Assembly (NCBI GenBank): GCA_950097015.1
Contig: CATNEN010000001.1
Coordinates: 2,852,001-2,916,000, forward strand
DNA: 64,000 nt
Origin: Macrostomum hystrix
Taxonomy: Eukaryota > Animalia > Platyhelminthes
Direction of reading: 5' to 3'
Shown here: positions 50,501 to 64,000 of the stretch, piece by piece
Position numbering within the stretch: position 1 is the first letter of the stretch
Layout: every line of letters starts with the position of its first letter
Program-made: the position numbers and the translations under genes
The notes under the pieces: generated by a model
The model's input: the letters and a program-made list of their open reading frames with translations, nothing else
Database searches by the model: none
Told to the model about the DNA's origin: nothing

Positions 50501-52270
50501 TTGCATTTGAATCTAAGAACATTGGAATTGTTTAGGACATCTAAGTTGTAAACAACTGATAGAGTATTTGTGCATAGCTATTGTTATCAAATAAGTTTTA
50601 TACACACTGATCCCCTTCCAAAAGAACTAGGTAGGGGGTTAGTGGCAAAGGAGATAACAAAGTAACATGTTTTCTGCTGTGAAAAAGTTTCCTTAGCGAA
50701 ACTATGTGGCAAGGAAACTGAGGTGTCATTTGTTAAAATAGTGATTAGTGGCAGCCTGACAATATGCAACTAGCAAGCACCAATTTATTCGAACTCATAA
50801 AGTCAAAACTGATGTATCATTGAGATGGGGGTTTGTGCAACCAGCCAGCCTACTCACTAAACCCAAGGGGTTAGCAAAGTCTGTCACACCACCTTTTGAA
50901 TCTCACTATGCCTTACAATCCTGCACTGGTTGTAAATAAAAATTACGCAAAATGCAAAGCAAAACACTATCTTTACTGCCACTCTAACTCATGAACAGGC
51001 CTAAAGGCCTAACATAGTAAAACCTCAATTGTATTTTTGTAGCAAATTTAGAGTCTACTTTTTAGCATATAAATCTTAATGCATTCAAAAAGAGCAGCTT
51101 CATAGGTTATTGAAAAAATGAAGCCATTGCTTAAAAGTAATGCCAATGACAATCATTGTCATGTCAACTCTGGTATGTGGTCATTAGTAAATTTTTGTTG
51201 ACAAGCTAATATACCTAGTGCTGTAGTGGCTATTAAAAATTTGGCAATTTTGACATGCATTTACCACTTTATGTTTATTTGTAATGTGAGTGTTCTTAGA
51301 GATATTGAAAAAAAACATGTGAAAATAAGCAAATTTAGATATGCATGCCTAGACCATTATATTAGCTAGCTCGGCGTAAATTTACTTTTGTTTGCAAATT
51401 ATTTTCCGCTTTTAAAATGGTGCCAATGATGCGGAATGACGAATGGAAGTTGTCTATAGCCCATAGTAGCAGCATTGAGTTGATTGGGGCATAGAAAATT
51501 GGCTGAGTTTTATTGAGCCCTCACTATAGTTTGGATTTTAGAGACTTCAAGACTTTTCTGATTTGCAAATGGCTGGGCAGCCCCCAAGACCATCATGGAT
51601 TGTGCCACCGAATGAAGTTCTGCCGGCACAGGCACTGATGGAACTAAATATGAATTCAAGGGATCTGATGGAAGTGATGGCAAGTACTGACAAGACTATG
51701 TATCATGGCACTAGCGATGCCCTCTTTGAATCGCACATCCAAGAGTATGGCCTATCTATGGACACACTTTCACCCGGGGCCTGCCAAGGCTTTTGGCTGC
51801 ATTCTGTACTAGATTCGTCATTATTACCCAGTTTAGGAATCTGAGACAGTCAAGACTGCATTGAACTGAACTGAGCAATGCTCAGTGCTGTTTAAAAATG
51901 TTTCCCACTAGTTGTGTTACCAGTTGACGCTATCCGATTCATCGTTCAACATTAAAAAAAAAAGAAAATAATTTTGCAAAGGAAAGTAAATTTACGCCAC
52001 TAGCTCACCTAAGAATATAATTCAGCTCAAAGTAAATCTCTAAGTAGTAGTTAGTTTAGATGTAATAACATTTGTTGATGTATCGATGCAGCTTTTCAGG
52101 ACTAAGGTTAACTATTGAATAATGATAATATATATATATCTTTTTAAATACTAGAAAGACTTATTTTAAAACACCTTACATTAAAAAAGAAATGAAGCAC
52201 AAAAACCACTAATAATTTGATATAACTGTACACAACTTACCCAAAGCTTATGATCCCAGACTGCCGTCAT
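44594..52270 (-). CDS. F-BAR/HR1/SH3 protein, CIP4/FNBP1/TOCA-1 family; exons approx. 52270-52241, 50477-50359, 50270-50218, 49873-49597, 48852-48397, 47656-47447, 45733-45618, 44897-44594
   Basis: MTAVWDHKLW|DTY..FLERRSRVEEKYARELR (F-BAR start), DITKNEEE..KNGYA, PPDVPFEDL, HR1 (PAQHRRRLEEQL..YQQNPKLGD) and SH3 (MLYDF..DWTLVRR..GYVPTAY*). Confidence 0.92.
44935..45525. repeat. 21-bp intronic minisatellite
   Basis: TTCTGTCACTCTGAAGGAAGA units. Confidence 0.95.
46430..47100. repeat. 45-bp intronic minisatellite
   Basis: GATCATGACCCATATTGATGATTAACTGAGACCATGAGAAATCTT units. Confidence 0.97.
47668..48345. repeat. 21-bp minisatellite filling most of an intron
   Basis: GGCATTGTGGAGAATGAATAA, switching to a GAATTGGTTAYGG variant at ~48145. 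Confidence 0.97.
48940..49445. repeat. 23-bp intronic minisatellite
   Basis: GAGCCTCAAAACTGATAAAGAAA units. Confidence 0.95.
49907..50020. repeat. 25-bp intronic tandem repeat
   Basis: GGATATTCCACAACCAGTAATATAA, about 4.5 copies. Confidence 0.9.
51373..51998. mobile_element. Non-autonomous TIR transposon (GG termini, 8-bp TSD; Merlin- or MULE-like)
   Basis: ~35-bp TIR GGCGTAAATTTACTTT..TTTGCAAA.TTATTTTC, flanked by GCTAGCTC / ACTAGCTC. Confidence 0.8.
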
Positions 52271-53225
52271 CCTGTTATCCTGTAGCTAGCAAGTAAGCAA
52301 ACTTGTATTTTGCACAATTTATACTTATAGAAACAGAAAAAAATGGTGAAAATGTATTGAGTCACTTAAAATTGACACCAAAGCAGCTCATAAACTAAAA
52401 ACTAAGGAAATTATAGCTAATAGGTTATATACTGGGAAAGATATATACTATTGGTCTGGTTGGCTACCAATCAATAGTTAAGTATGAGATAACAAAGAAC
52501 TCCAAATGTAAAAAAAATTGTTTCGAAAATAAAATACTACCGACTTGCAAGTAAGGCTATAAAGTATAGCTTAGTTTTAAGGTTTAATAATTACAAAAAT
52601 TCGTGTCCGTTCTAAAATTAGAAACAAAATTATAAGCAAAAACACACATCCTAGTAGGAACAACGCAAATCAGGAAAAGGATGCGCTGTTTAATTTATTC
52701 CAAGAATTTAGTACAAAAAACATAAAGTAAAACAAATAATATTTTCTATAAAACCTTTTAGAAACCAATGTAACACAAAAATCTGCCGCATAGGCCTAAA
52801 TTTAAGTTTTTCCATATCTTCTTGTTTTTTTATATATTGTACCTTCGTTAGCCAATAATTGTTTGACATTAATCCATACCAATAATAACAGCTTGAAGAC
52901 TATCGCTACTGTACTGTGATAATAAAGCCCGTTTATCTGCACAGTTGACTAGATAGATACTCCTACAATAATGCCATGGGAATAAGACATAATTAATACA
53001 TTTTAATAGGTCAATTGTTGTCTGAAAGTTGTAAAATCCAATCCAAACAAAATAGGCCTAAGTCTAAGAAACATTGTACATAGCTATCTCTAAAATGAAG
53101 TTTGAACAAAAAATTAAACATATATTTTTAATTTTATATAATTCACTCAATTCTTTCAGTTTCTTTTTCAAGTGCTTAAGTCTTCTGACTTCTGTTTTGA
53201 TATTTAAGGCTTGTTCCATGACCGT

Positions 53226-53852
53226 ACATTAGCAACATTTTACTGTGCGGTAAAAACTGCTAACTCGATCACATTGTAATGTCAATGGAATTGTTGACTG
53301 GCTTAAGGCAGTACTGAACTCGCTACCTAGCTACTGCCTTCCTTATATCTGTACATCTGAGAACTGGTCACTTTACATTACCTTGTGCCTTGGGTCTGCG
53401 GTCATTTCTGCCGCCTTTTCGTCTGCCAAAGAACTTAGGGCTTAGACTAAGGCCTAGCAGTTTTTACGACATGTAACATGTTAAAAAACCACACTGTTAA
53501 ACAAACCTCATTTCAAGCTTGGACTATGCAGTGGACTTTTCAGAATTTACTGCACTTTTTAAATAACCTCATTTCAGGCTTGGACTATGTGGTGGACTAT
53601 TTGCATTTTCTACATAGTCTACTGTCTACTGCATAGTCCAAGTCTGAAATGAGGTTCTTTAAACAGTGCAGTAAATTCTGCAAAGTTACACACAGAATAG
53701 GCCTAAGGTTTGTTAAATAGTGTAGTTTTTAATATGTATAGGGGCCTAAACAGTGGGGTAAAAACTGCTAACTTCACGGCAAGGTAATGTGTTGACATTA
53801 CAATGCAATAAAGTTAGTGGTTTTTGCCACATGGTAAAATGTTGCTAATGTT
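53226..53852. mobile_element. Foldback/MITE-like inverted repeat
   Basis: ACATTAGCAACATTTTAC..CATTGTAATGTCAA is inverted at 53791-53852. A second inner inverted pair lies around 53490-53690. Confidence 0.7.
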
Positions 53853-55553
53853 ATGACCTTTACAAAGAAGATGCAGGAGCCTATCTCTATTTGTTGACTG
53901 TCTAGTCTTCCATACCAATAAGTGGGCATTTTTGCCACAGCATAAATGCTGAAGATGTAGCATCTGTTTAGTCCTCTATGCCAATAAGTGGGCCTTATTC
54001 ATTATTATCATGATGGTAGGCTTACTGTTGCAAGGTACTGGTCCACTTTGTTTTGGTGACAAACCACTTTGGTGACAGCCTACAAACATTTCAACAACAA
54101 CCAATTATTTTTGTAGCAATAGTAGGCTATGGCATGTTGTTTCCATGGCAATAAGCATTGACTTTAAAAACTTTTTTGAATTAAAATAAATAAGCTTAAA
54201 TTAAAATAAATCCCTGTCTATTTCCCCATTCTAATTGGGAAAATTATTTCATTGTGAAGGTGTCTGGCAAGAACTTAAATTTAGTTTGTTTATTTACCTG
54301 CTTGGTAGTATAATAGGTTCGAACATTTAAGTTGGAGAGGTTACAGGCTTATAGGCCTATAGTCAGAAAAATTATACATTGGAAGATAGTATACCTGAAT
54401 ACCTGCTTTGCTTTGTTTCACGTAGCTGTTAAATGGGTTACTAGCATTAGCAGGGATAATCGTGGGTTTGGTGTCTTCCAGTCCATATTCATAGACTGAA
54501 CAGCCAAAAATGTCAAAATTGTGTATTTTTTGTTGGTCCATGTGAACACTAATTGGACACAATAGACTATAGTGGGACCAAGGCAATAAGTTTTTTTATA
54601 CTTTATTATATAATAAAGCTTAAAGAGCTGTTGATGTTTTGATGTTGGTTGTATTCTCCAATCTCAATAATGATTATTTTGCAAACTTTGTGTTGTTTTA
54701 TCATTAACTTGAAAAAATATGTGCAATTTCAGATTTTATACCTGATATGATTCATTGTTTAAAAATAGTGAAAAAGGCACCAAAAATCTTGATATCTAAA
54801 TCATCAAATTACCTTTGTCTAAAAACTGACTTGAAGACATCAGTATGAAGTAAGCTAAAAATTAAATGTTTGAAATAATAAAGACAAGGAATCATTAAAT
54901 TAAAATCCTTAGCTAGTTGATATTTCTGTACAATTTTTTTATTTTGTTTGTACTTTTGATAACAACTAATATTTACTAGAAATCTGACAGAGCTCTTAAA
55001 GCTACATAAAAAACTACTTGGTCCTAACAATAGTCTGTTGTGTTCCCATTGCAGTCAATTGTGGTTGTTGCAGAATTAAGTTTAAAGTACAAAAAACAAG
55101 ATTAAAAGGTTCATTTTGACTTTATCATTAATTTGTAATGGCTACCTAAATATCTCAACCTAAACAATACATGTATATATTAAAGTATTCTTTGGTTTGC
55201 ATTTGTTAGGCCCTAGCCTAAACTATTAACAGTAGGACTGCCACGCCATTTTGCCGCCTGTTTTTATACCAAGGGGGGATTTCCCCCCTAACAATTTTTG
55301 GCAGCGCCTGAATGCTAACAGTGTTGGGTGGTGACTGATTGGTTGACAGACTAGACAATGGTATACTATAGTTGAGCTGTGCCTAATATTTAGGCTTAAT
55401 CAGTGAAATTAGATAAATTCACCTCAGGGTTTCCATAGAGGCCTAGTTCCAACTGTTGAAGCCCTTGAAGGTCCAGCAGTCTGTCTAGATAAAGGTAGGT
55501 GACCACTGAAGACAGAGATGATGCAGGCAAATTCGGGTGAAATGCTGATAAAG

Positions 55554-55775
55554 TTTGAAGGCCTGGCAAGGCGGCACTGAGTCGCAGTGCAAATTTGTAT
55601 ATAGGGGTGTATGAAATACACTAGCTCTTATGGGAAAAATCCGACCTTCGGCCAGAAACATTGCATATCTCGACGGTCTGAAAAGCTGGTGACTTGTTTC
55701 TTGTTTCAGAAGATGCGCAACAAAAAGTTGGTCCGTGTTCTTGAGTTTCGTGTGCTTGCATTGTTCTGTTCGGGT
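55554..55775. repeat. Dispersed repeat, second copy at 60195-60410
   Basis: TTTGAAGGCCTGGCAAGGC..ATAGGGGTGTATGAAATACACTAGC is shared between the two copies. Confidence 0.85.
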
Positions 55776-56149
55776 GCAGCAAAAAAAAATTGTCAGGGTG
55801 GGGGAAATTCCCCCCCTTGCTAGTTCTACTGTTAATTAGACCACTGGTAGAACTTTTTATATGCATATTAAACCTGCTTACTTCAATAATTCAATTATGA
55901 AAAGTTTAAACCCATTTTAAATCTGATTAGCCCTAAAGATAAAATAGCTTAAGATAGAGCCAGAAGCATTGAAGCAAATTTAGTGAAGTTAGTGGGATTT
56001 TTCTGAAATTAATTTAAGTTTTATACAACATATATTTTATTAGGCCTATTCTCGACATATAAATAACAGCAGTGCCAATTCTAAAGAATCAGTCTTATCA
56101 GTTTTGCTCTACTGTCTTCCTGGTTAAATTTCAGCTTGATTCTTAATCC

Positions 56150-56562
56150 ATGGGGTGTACACCATCAAAGACAAGTAAGTAGTGTAATACTTATTTATAA
56201 TACTTAATGCATTCTTACATATTATGTTGCTATATTCTGACTTTTTTTGAAATTCATCAAATAATCTAAATATGAACACTGTACTTGTCTGCCAGTTTAT
56301 CTATATATGCCTTTTTATCCCAAATTCAGGGCCTATTCATTTAGGTCTTCAGAATAACGGTGGTCATCAGTCGTCATTCAGGCCAACTAATAATCAGCAA
56401 CCATACCCACAGCAACAGTACCCGCCTCAGCAGTACCCTCCTCCACAGTACCCTCCGCAGCAGTACCCTCCTCAGTACCCTCCGCCACCGCAGCAGCAGA
56501 TGCCACCGCCACCGCCATATTCAACTCAGCCAATGATGCCTCCATCAGTTTATCCGTATCCT

Positions 56563-56606
<44 letters not shown>

Positions 56607-57350
56607 CATGCCTCCACAGCAAATTGTCATTCACCAGCGAGGGCACAGGCGTCGTGGCCACGGCAGCGATATGGCATTGCTGGCTGGCGCTGCTATGGTT
56701 GGCGGTGTTGGTGGTGAGTTTTTGCTGTGGGCTGTGGGCACTGGCACATTATTTTGGTGACAGTAGACCCGCTGCCAGCTAGGAGGCAATTCTGCTCGTT
56801 CTGCTGACTCCTGAGCGCACACGCACACAGATACAGTACGCAGGCACACACACAGATGAGGCCACATAATAAACAATTTGAGTTCTTATAAATCTCTTTT
56901 TACAACTAATGTCAATCCACAAACCACCAAGTATTCCCTCCGCGGCTTTACCCTAATTAAATGTCGCTTCGAAGTAGATCTCTAAAAACCTTTAGATATT
57001 ATTTGTCTGTCGCCTAACCCCGTTCAAACGTCTAAAACGGAAATATATCTATATTTATTGCACCCATGGGCACCTATATCGATGCTATATATAGATTTTC
57101 ATGATTATACCATAGCAGAGCAATACAGTGTACCGGGGACCAGAAAATGTATGCCCGCTGTAACTGTCAATGTTAAAAAACGTCACGGACAGACGTGGCT
57201 CTTGTTGCCACGGACTCTAAATTACGTATAAATAATCATCAAGCGCCTTTTTCCTTGCTAACAGGTCTAGCTATGGCAGGCATGATGCATAGAGGCTTTG
57301 GTAGTTGGAGCAGCTTCAGCAGTTTCAGCTCCTGTGGTTCTTGGGATTGA
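56150..57350 (+). CDS. Small Pro/Gln/Tyr-rich protein (~160 aa); exons 56150-56174, 56345-56713, 57265-57350
   Basis: Two phase-1 GT-AG introns join in frame: MGCTPSKT..QQYPP repeats..polyQ..GSDMALLAGAAMVGGVGGLAMAGMM..SCGSWD*. Confidence 0.75.
56727..56865 (-). mobile_element. 3' fragment of SINE family A
   Basis: Matches 26310-26440. Confidence 0.8.
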
Positions 57351-57749
57351 AACAGAGACTAATTCATGTTTATTCTGTGCGCAGCGTGCTTCGTTTCAGG
57401 ATAAATTTTTATACCCTTATATTTTTTTACAGATTTATACATATTCTATGTCAAACAGATGGTCGCTGTACCTTGCCCTGTTTCTTTGCATGTTTGTTGA
57501 CATATTAATTTGCAGATAAAATTTCTAAACATATATAACATATATACATCTTTGTACTCTTTCTAACGAAGCACTTTCATTTATCTCTGATTTGCTAAAC
57601 TGTTAAAAAGTCTATCAGCTATTTTAACTGCTTATGTGTGTGTGTGTGTGTTTGGATGTAAACTTTTACCCTATGAACCAGAGAGAGGCGCGCTATAAAT
57701 GATAAAGTAGAAGCTGTCTTCTTCTCTAGATCTATTCAGTACCTTCGAA

Positions 57750-58058
57750 GGGGTTGTAGCCTAGTGGTTAGAGCGTCGGACTCACGACTTGAAGGTCGGG
57801 GGTTCGATTCCCGACTCCACTGGAACTATTTGCGTCCTTTAGCAAGACACTTAACTCTGCATTGCTTCAGTTCACCCAGCTGTGAAATGGGTACCGGCAT
57901 TAGCTGGGATAATTAAAGGTGGGTGTGGCGTCCCCCAGTCCGTGGACTAAACAGCTGCACGCAGCCTTCAGATGCGCCGCGCAATAGCTGCGGCTGTGCT
58001 GTCGGCTGCACATCTAGCCCAATTGGGGCAGGTGAATTGATTATTATTTATTATTATT
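57750..58058 (+). mobile_element. tRNA-derived SINE, family B
   Basis: A box TAGCCTAGTGG, B box GGTTCGATTCC, central CACCCAGCTGTGAAATGGGTACC domain, (TTA)n tail and 12-bp TSD AGTACCTTCGAA. Confidence 0.95.
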
Positions 58059-58941
58059 AGTACCTTCGAAAATTGAAATCAACCTTTCTAGCATATCGCT
58101 TTCTAGCTTTCAGCTAGATTTTGCTGTAAAATTCTATCTAGTCGTAAAGAGAAATTAAATAGTTTTTGCGTTCGAATTTAAAACTAAATAAAACATTCCT
58201 TATATTTTTTAATGGTAAGCTCATTTTATTTAGATTATTTAAATTTTATTCGAGAAAAACTTTTTCTAGCCTAATTAAATGTTTTCAACTATTTTGTCAA
58301 ATATCTAGGACAAGGTTCTACTGTCTACATCCCAGAATTTTTTGTCGTGACTTTTTTTAATGTGGAGTTATCCGTCCCAATTTTTTAGTCATTGTTTTAT
58401 TGAAGATTTTGTTTTACTAACAAAGTTCGGAATTATAAATAATATTTGTTAGATTAGATTCATCTTTACTATCAATATTAATAGTTTCTCATAAACTCTA
58501 AGAATAACAGCTACTTACGTATTATCAAATCATACGTTGTTTATTCCAGTCAAAATGTGAGTGCTTTTTGTTATAACTATTTAGCGCAAGTTGCGCCACT
58601 GATTTCTCCACACTACAAACAAATTAAATTTCTACAAACTTGTTTTACAGAGCACAAATATATAGATAATGTCGTTTAAGTGCATATTTTTGTTATATTA
58701 AAATAATTATCATTCGTTGATTCGTACAAGAAGCGTTAGTGTTCTGTGTACTTATCGAGTTGTATTTGAAAGAACCCCAGCTTCTATCGTATTGCGAAAA
58801 GTGCACTGATTAGAAAAGCATATTACTAAAACATATTAAGCTTATCGTGTGATTTCAAATCACAGTTTTCCCGCCTACATCCGTAATGCATGCCCTAGCT
58901 TTTATTTTTGGCTAAGATCAAAATTTAGTTCTTCGTTTTGG

Positions 58942-60105
58942 TATAACTTTTGCCATTCAATCTCAGTGTTTTGTCATTCATACTCAGCCCCCATAGAATT
59001 AATCCAGCCAGTTGGCGCCGTTTGGCCCATAGACTATCGCTCTGTGCCATTCAATCTCAGTGTTTTGTCATTCAAACTCAGGCTTTAACACAGATTCTAT
59101 ATTACCTAGATTGGTCACTCCAAGAGAAATCGTTCGTTCATCGAAAACCCAGTGTTTTTGCCACAGACGCGAGTTAAATACTGCCGCATTAATATATCTT
59201 TTTAGGAAACTATATGTTATTTGCCTTTAACGCTATAGGCGAGCCAATATTCAGAAATGACTTTTAATTGGAGAAAACGCGAGTAATTTCTGAGCCGAAT
59301 ATTTCTTGAATGCGCGGAACAATAAAAACAAATAAAGATAACATGGTGATTAAACAAGCAAGTATGACAGGCAAGCATGACAGATAAGCATGACAAGCAA
59401 ACACAGATTCAAGAAAGCGTGTCAAATAAGTAAAAAAATGAAGCACAGTGAGTACCCTAACCATGCATCATGTCACAACTTTTTGAGCTTGCGGTTAGCA
59501 ATAGCGCGATCTCTTTCTTTCCTAGGTAATATAGAATCTGTGGGCTTTAATGTGGAGAAGGAATGTGGATAAGGAATGAACAGGTTATTATTCCTCAGCT
59601 CGGCTCATGTAACACAGGACCGAAAAACTGACTTGTTTAACTTGTTAAACATAATGCAGTTCATACACATTACAAGTCAAACACCTCTAGCATCATAGTG
59701 AGGAACATACGGATTTGAGCGGAATTGTTAAAGTCTTGGATCAGAATAGTGACTCAGAGAAAAGGAATTTGCATAATGCACCGTGGATGCAGTCGGATGC
59801 AGGCAATCTCCCAGTTTGCGGCCTGTAGAGGCGTCAGGGTGTCCAGTGCAACGTGGCCCAGACGCTCCATGTAAGCATTTGGCCCATGTAAGCAAATGCA
59901 ATAGAATAAATTTGTAATTTAGCTGTCTTTTGGAGGACTGCGTTTGAGAGACCGAGCTTATAAAGCCTGAGTTTGAATGACAAAACCCGAGATTGAATGG
60001 CACAGAGCGATAGTCTATGGGCCAAACCGCGCCAACTGGCTGGATTAATTCTATGGGGGCTGAGTATGAATGACAAAACACTGAGATTGAATGGCAAAAG
60101 CTATA
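58942..60105. mobile_element. Non-autonomous DNA transposon with ~145-bp TIRs
   Basis: 58942-59088 is the near-perfect reverse complement of 59961-60105. Each TIR has an internal direct repeat (GCCATTCAATCTCRG..TTTTGTCATTCA). Confidence 0.9.
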
Positions 60106-63100
60106 CTATATATTTCATCATTATTTATATTTTGAAGTTTTTGAAATTAGACGATGGCATAAATCTGATTACAAGTGTATAGGCTTGATACATTTTGAAG
60201 GCCTGGCAAGGCCGCACTGAGGCGCAATGCTAATTAGTGTATAGGGGTGTATGAAATACACTAGCGCTTATCGGAAGAATCAGACCTTCGAACCGTTCAA
60301 TATCTCGATGGTCTGAAGGGCTGGCGATTGGTTCTTGTTTTAGAAGATACGCACCAAAAAGTTGGCCTGTGTTCTTGAGTTTTTCCGTTCGTTGCGTTGC
60401 TCCGTTCGGGTAGAAGAAGCATTCACAAAGAAGCATCGCGCTTAAAAGCCAATTTCGACTGTATGCTATTGTTTCTAAACTTCACTGTTACGCGGTTTTT
60501 AGTATTGATTGATTACGTATTTAATACTTATGCACAAACTAGTTGATTGCAACATGCAGAAACATAAAATTAGTAGTTCATTTATCAATTTTGAATTACA
60601 ACACGTATATACAGCGCCAGTAACAGATTTCGGTAAAACGCTTAACTTAATATATTAATTAAGTTAATTTAAACGCATTTATAAGTGGTTAAACAAAACT
60701 TTTGTGCTTAAAGTCGCCCGCATTATAAAATGTAATAAAAACTCAATAAAATTTAAAATATAAAAAGTTACAAAAAGGTCAATTGTTTTTCGGTACTTAA
60801 GAATACTTTAATTGTTCAAAGAAAAAGCAGTTTCCTAAATCGCAGAAGAACAACAATTATATAATTGTCTTTGCGTCTGAGCTAATTTCATTATAATCGC
60901 ATAAAGGTAACTCAGGTAGCAAGTGCAATGGATTATTTATCCATTGCCAATTTTGCAGAAAATCAACTGTTTTGGTTTCGGTAATTTTCTTTTACGCGAT
61001 ATATATATTACTTTACGCATATTTTCATAGAGACACAGAGTAGAGCTTTGTTTGATTTCCTCTGAGAACTCTTAAAAATCTAACATTACTGATTACAAAC
61101 TTCATCAACTTGAAGTCCTCAAAGTAGCTCCGATTAAGTGGATGGCCAAACTGTATCTATGCAATAGTGGTTTCATTGCAATAAGGGAACTGTAAAGAGA
61201 TAAGTGTTATTTTTATGCATTCTACACCATGTAACATGACACCTATTTATATATTTGATTAAAAACGAGGACTTTTGTCACTTATAAGTTATATACTTTT
61301 AGTGCCTAATTCTTGTATGTATTTTTAACAATTTTACTTTCTTTATTGAAAAAGCAACTTGGTCCTATTTGGTATTCATCTCTTCGACTGAATTGATTTG
61401 TATAGTACATATACAGATATGCAAATCATGCAGCATAGCATTTCTAGGCCTACCATATTTTTGTTTATTTTAAATTATTCATTGCTTCAAACTAATATTT
61501 AGCACTACTGTAGGCCTAGCCTAGTATTTAATTAATAGCTATATACAGCAATGTTGGACTTTGTTAACTTTTTTGTTTGGCATAGGCCTAATCATTTTTA
61601 ATATAGAAAATAAACAAACAATAATTCTCAAGAAAAAAACACTAGCAGTGGGCATGTTAGGTAGGTATTGCCTCAGTTATATCACTAAAATCATTTGCTG
61701 TGGATCATATGCAGTAAGCAATCCAGTAGAGCATTACACAAGACAAATTGTTAAGGTATAGGCCTAGCCACTTCCATTGGAACTCTTCTATGTTACTATG
61801 AACCATTTGATTTTAAAGGTGCAGTTTTTTATTTCCTATTCAAATTTAGTACAACTATTGCTTTTTATTTGCTGTTGTTGTTTGACATATGTATAATCTC
61901 TGGCTCAGCATTGACTTAGCTTAGTATTTTGGTGCATAGCATTCTTTTAGCAGTAGCAAACTCTCTTTGATTGATAGCAAACATTCAAGCACTAAATGCT
62001 AGTACACATGCAAACTAATGAGGCAGGTGTATAACTTCATCAGCTTTCTTTAATGAAACACATTCACCATAGCATCAAAAATCATTGTAATGCCAATGGA
62101 CACTTCAGTTTGTCTTCCTAAAAACTCCAAAAATACTTATACAAATTACATGTTGGAACATCAGTACTCCTACAGTATTTGGTAGCAAATATATTCCAAT
62201 ATAATTAAGATTGACAACTTACACATCATCAGGTACATTGGGTTATGGTATTTCTAGTACCAACTAGGCTTCATGGGTAGGATCTTCAGCACCAATCAGC
62301 ATCCTCTGAGTGGTCTATTGCATTGAACAGAAATCCCTTTTGTTAGCAGATTGGTCAATTGGCAAGTTTTTCCAATATATTAGAGGCATTTTTTATCAAT
62401 AGACAGAGTAGCTGTCTAGTTTAATACAAATCCTTTGCAATTATCAACTCCATTTCTCTCCATAGTCTATGGCACAGCTTAGCTGATATTTAACCTCTGT
62501 ATTTCTCTACTGCTTTTCACCCATTTGGCACAGCTGTAGCCATAGACACACACTGTGCTGTCTAGAACATTTCTGATTTTATAAGCCACCATTAAGCCAT
62601 TGGAGCAAAACAATGCTTCAGCAATAATTTCGAGTAATGCTTTAAGTCTTATTAATATAAATATTCGTTTTCACTTTTATATTAAACCATTATAAAAATA
62701 AAAGATTTTTGTGTAGCTGTCAAGGTAACAAATATACCCATTTACAAATATAGTCCTGTATACATAGGAAACACTTTGTCAAACAAATTTGTCAATCCTT
62801 ACATTTCAAAAATTTTATTTGTGGTTTTTAAGCTTTATAATAAAAGTATTTTTGTACCACTGCTAAATAAGTCAAATTATTTTTTTACCAGAAATATAAG
62901 TAGTCCTTCATCCACAAACTGCAAATTTTCTGACTTGTCCATAAAGTATTTAATAGCAAGCTAATATAGATTTTTTAATTTACAAATATACTTGTAATAG
63001 TTTTTCTCCATAAAAGTTTTAAAAGGCTACAATACATACAATGCAATACATACAATGATGTCTTATTTGCAGTTGGATCTCAATTAACATTAGCACTCCA

Positions 63101-63114
63101 GCATCAGCTTGTGA

Positions 63115-64000
<886 letters not shown>

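Noticed and set aside
57750-57825. tRNA gene
   Set aside because: It is the tRNA-like head of a SINE with body, tail and TSD. The same applies to 30845-30920, 26575-26646 and 23645-23716.

Overview
Eukaryotic (metazoan invertebrate, plausibly a flatworm; not provable from the sequence) genomic DNA with spliceosomal introns. 1-23.7 kb is a mobile-element cluster. It holds a Ty3/gypsy-type gag+protease element with no RT or integrase in view (1-9393, minus strand), followed by an intron-containing hAT-like transposase remnant. Next is a ~7.5 kb Helitron-like element (Helitron2/Helentron type) whose Rep-PIF1 protein carries an N-terminal USP (C19) deubiquitinase-like domain and one stop codon in Walker A, then MITEs, a deleted Tc1 and SINEs. 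25-64 kb holds host genes: a PAN + F-type lectin, a divergent kinesin light chain, PBX/extradenticle, an F-BAR/HR1/SH3 protein (CIP4/FNBP1/TOCA family), a small Pro/Gln-rich protein with an MGC lipidation motif, and the 5' part of Smad1/5 (Mad). Many introns contain their own minisatellite. The most unusual signal is inside the gag element: two long diverged copies and one partial copy of a >1 kb non-coding sequence with many helices, compensatory changes and pseudoknot-type pairings, folding on the strand antisense to gag. Next to it are a spliced antisense 51-aa hydrophobic peptide ORF and a splice-accessed orphan ORF where pol would normally be. All alignments and pairings were made by eye.
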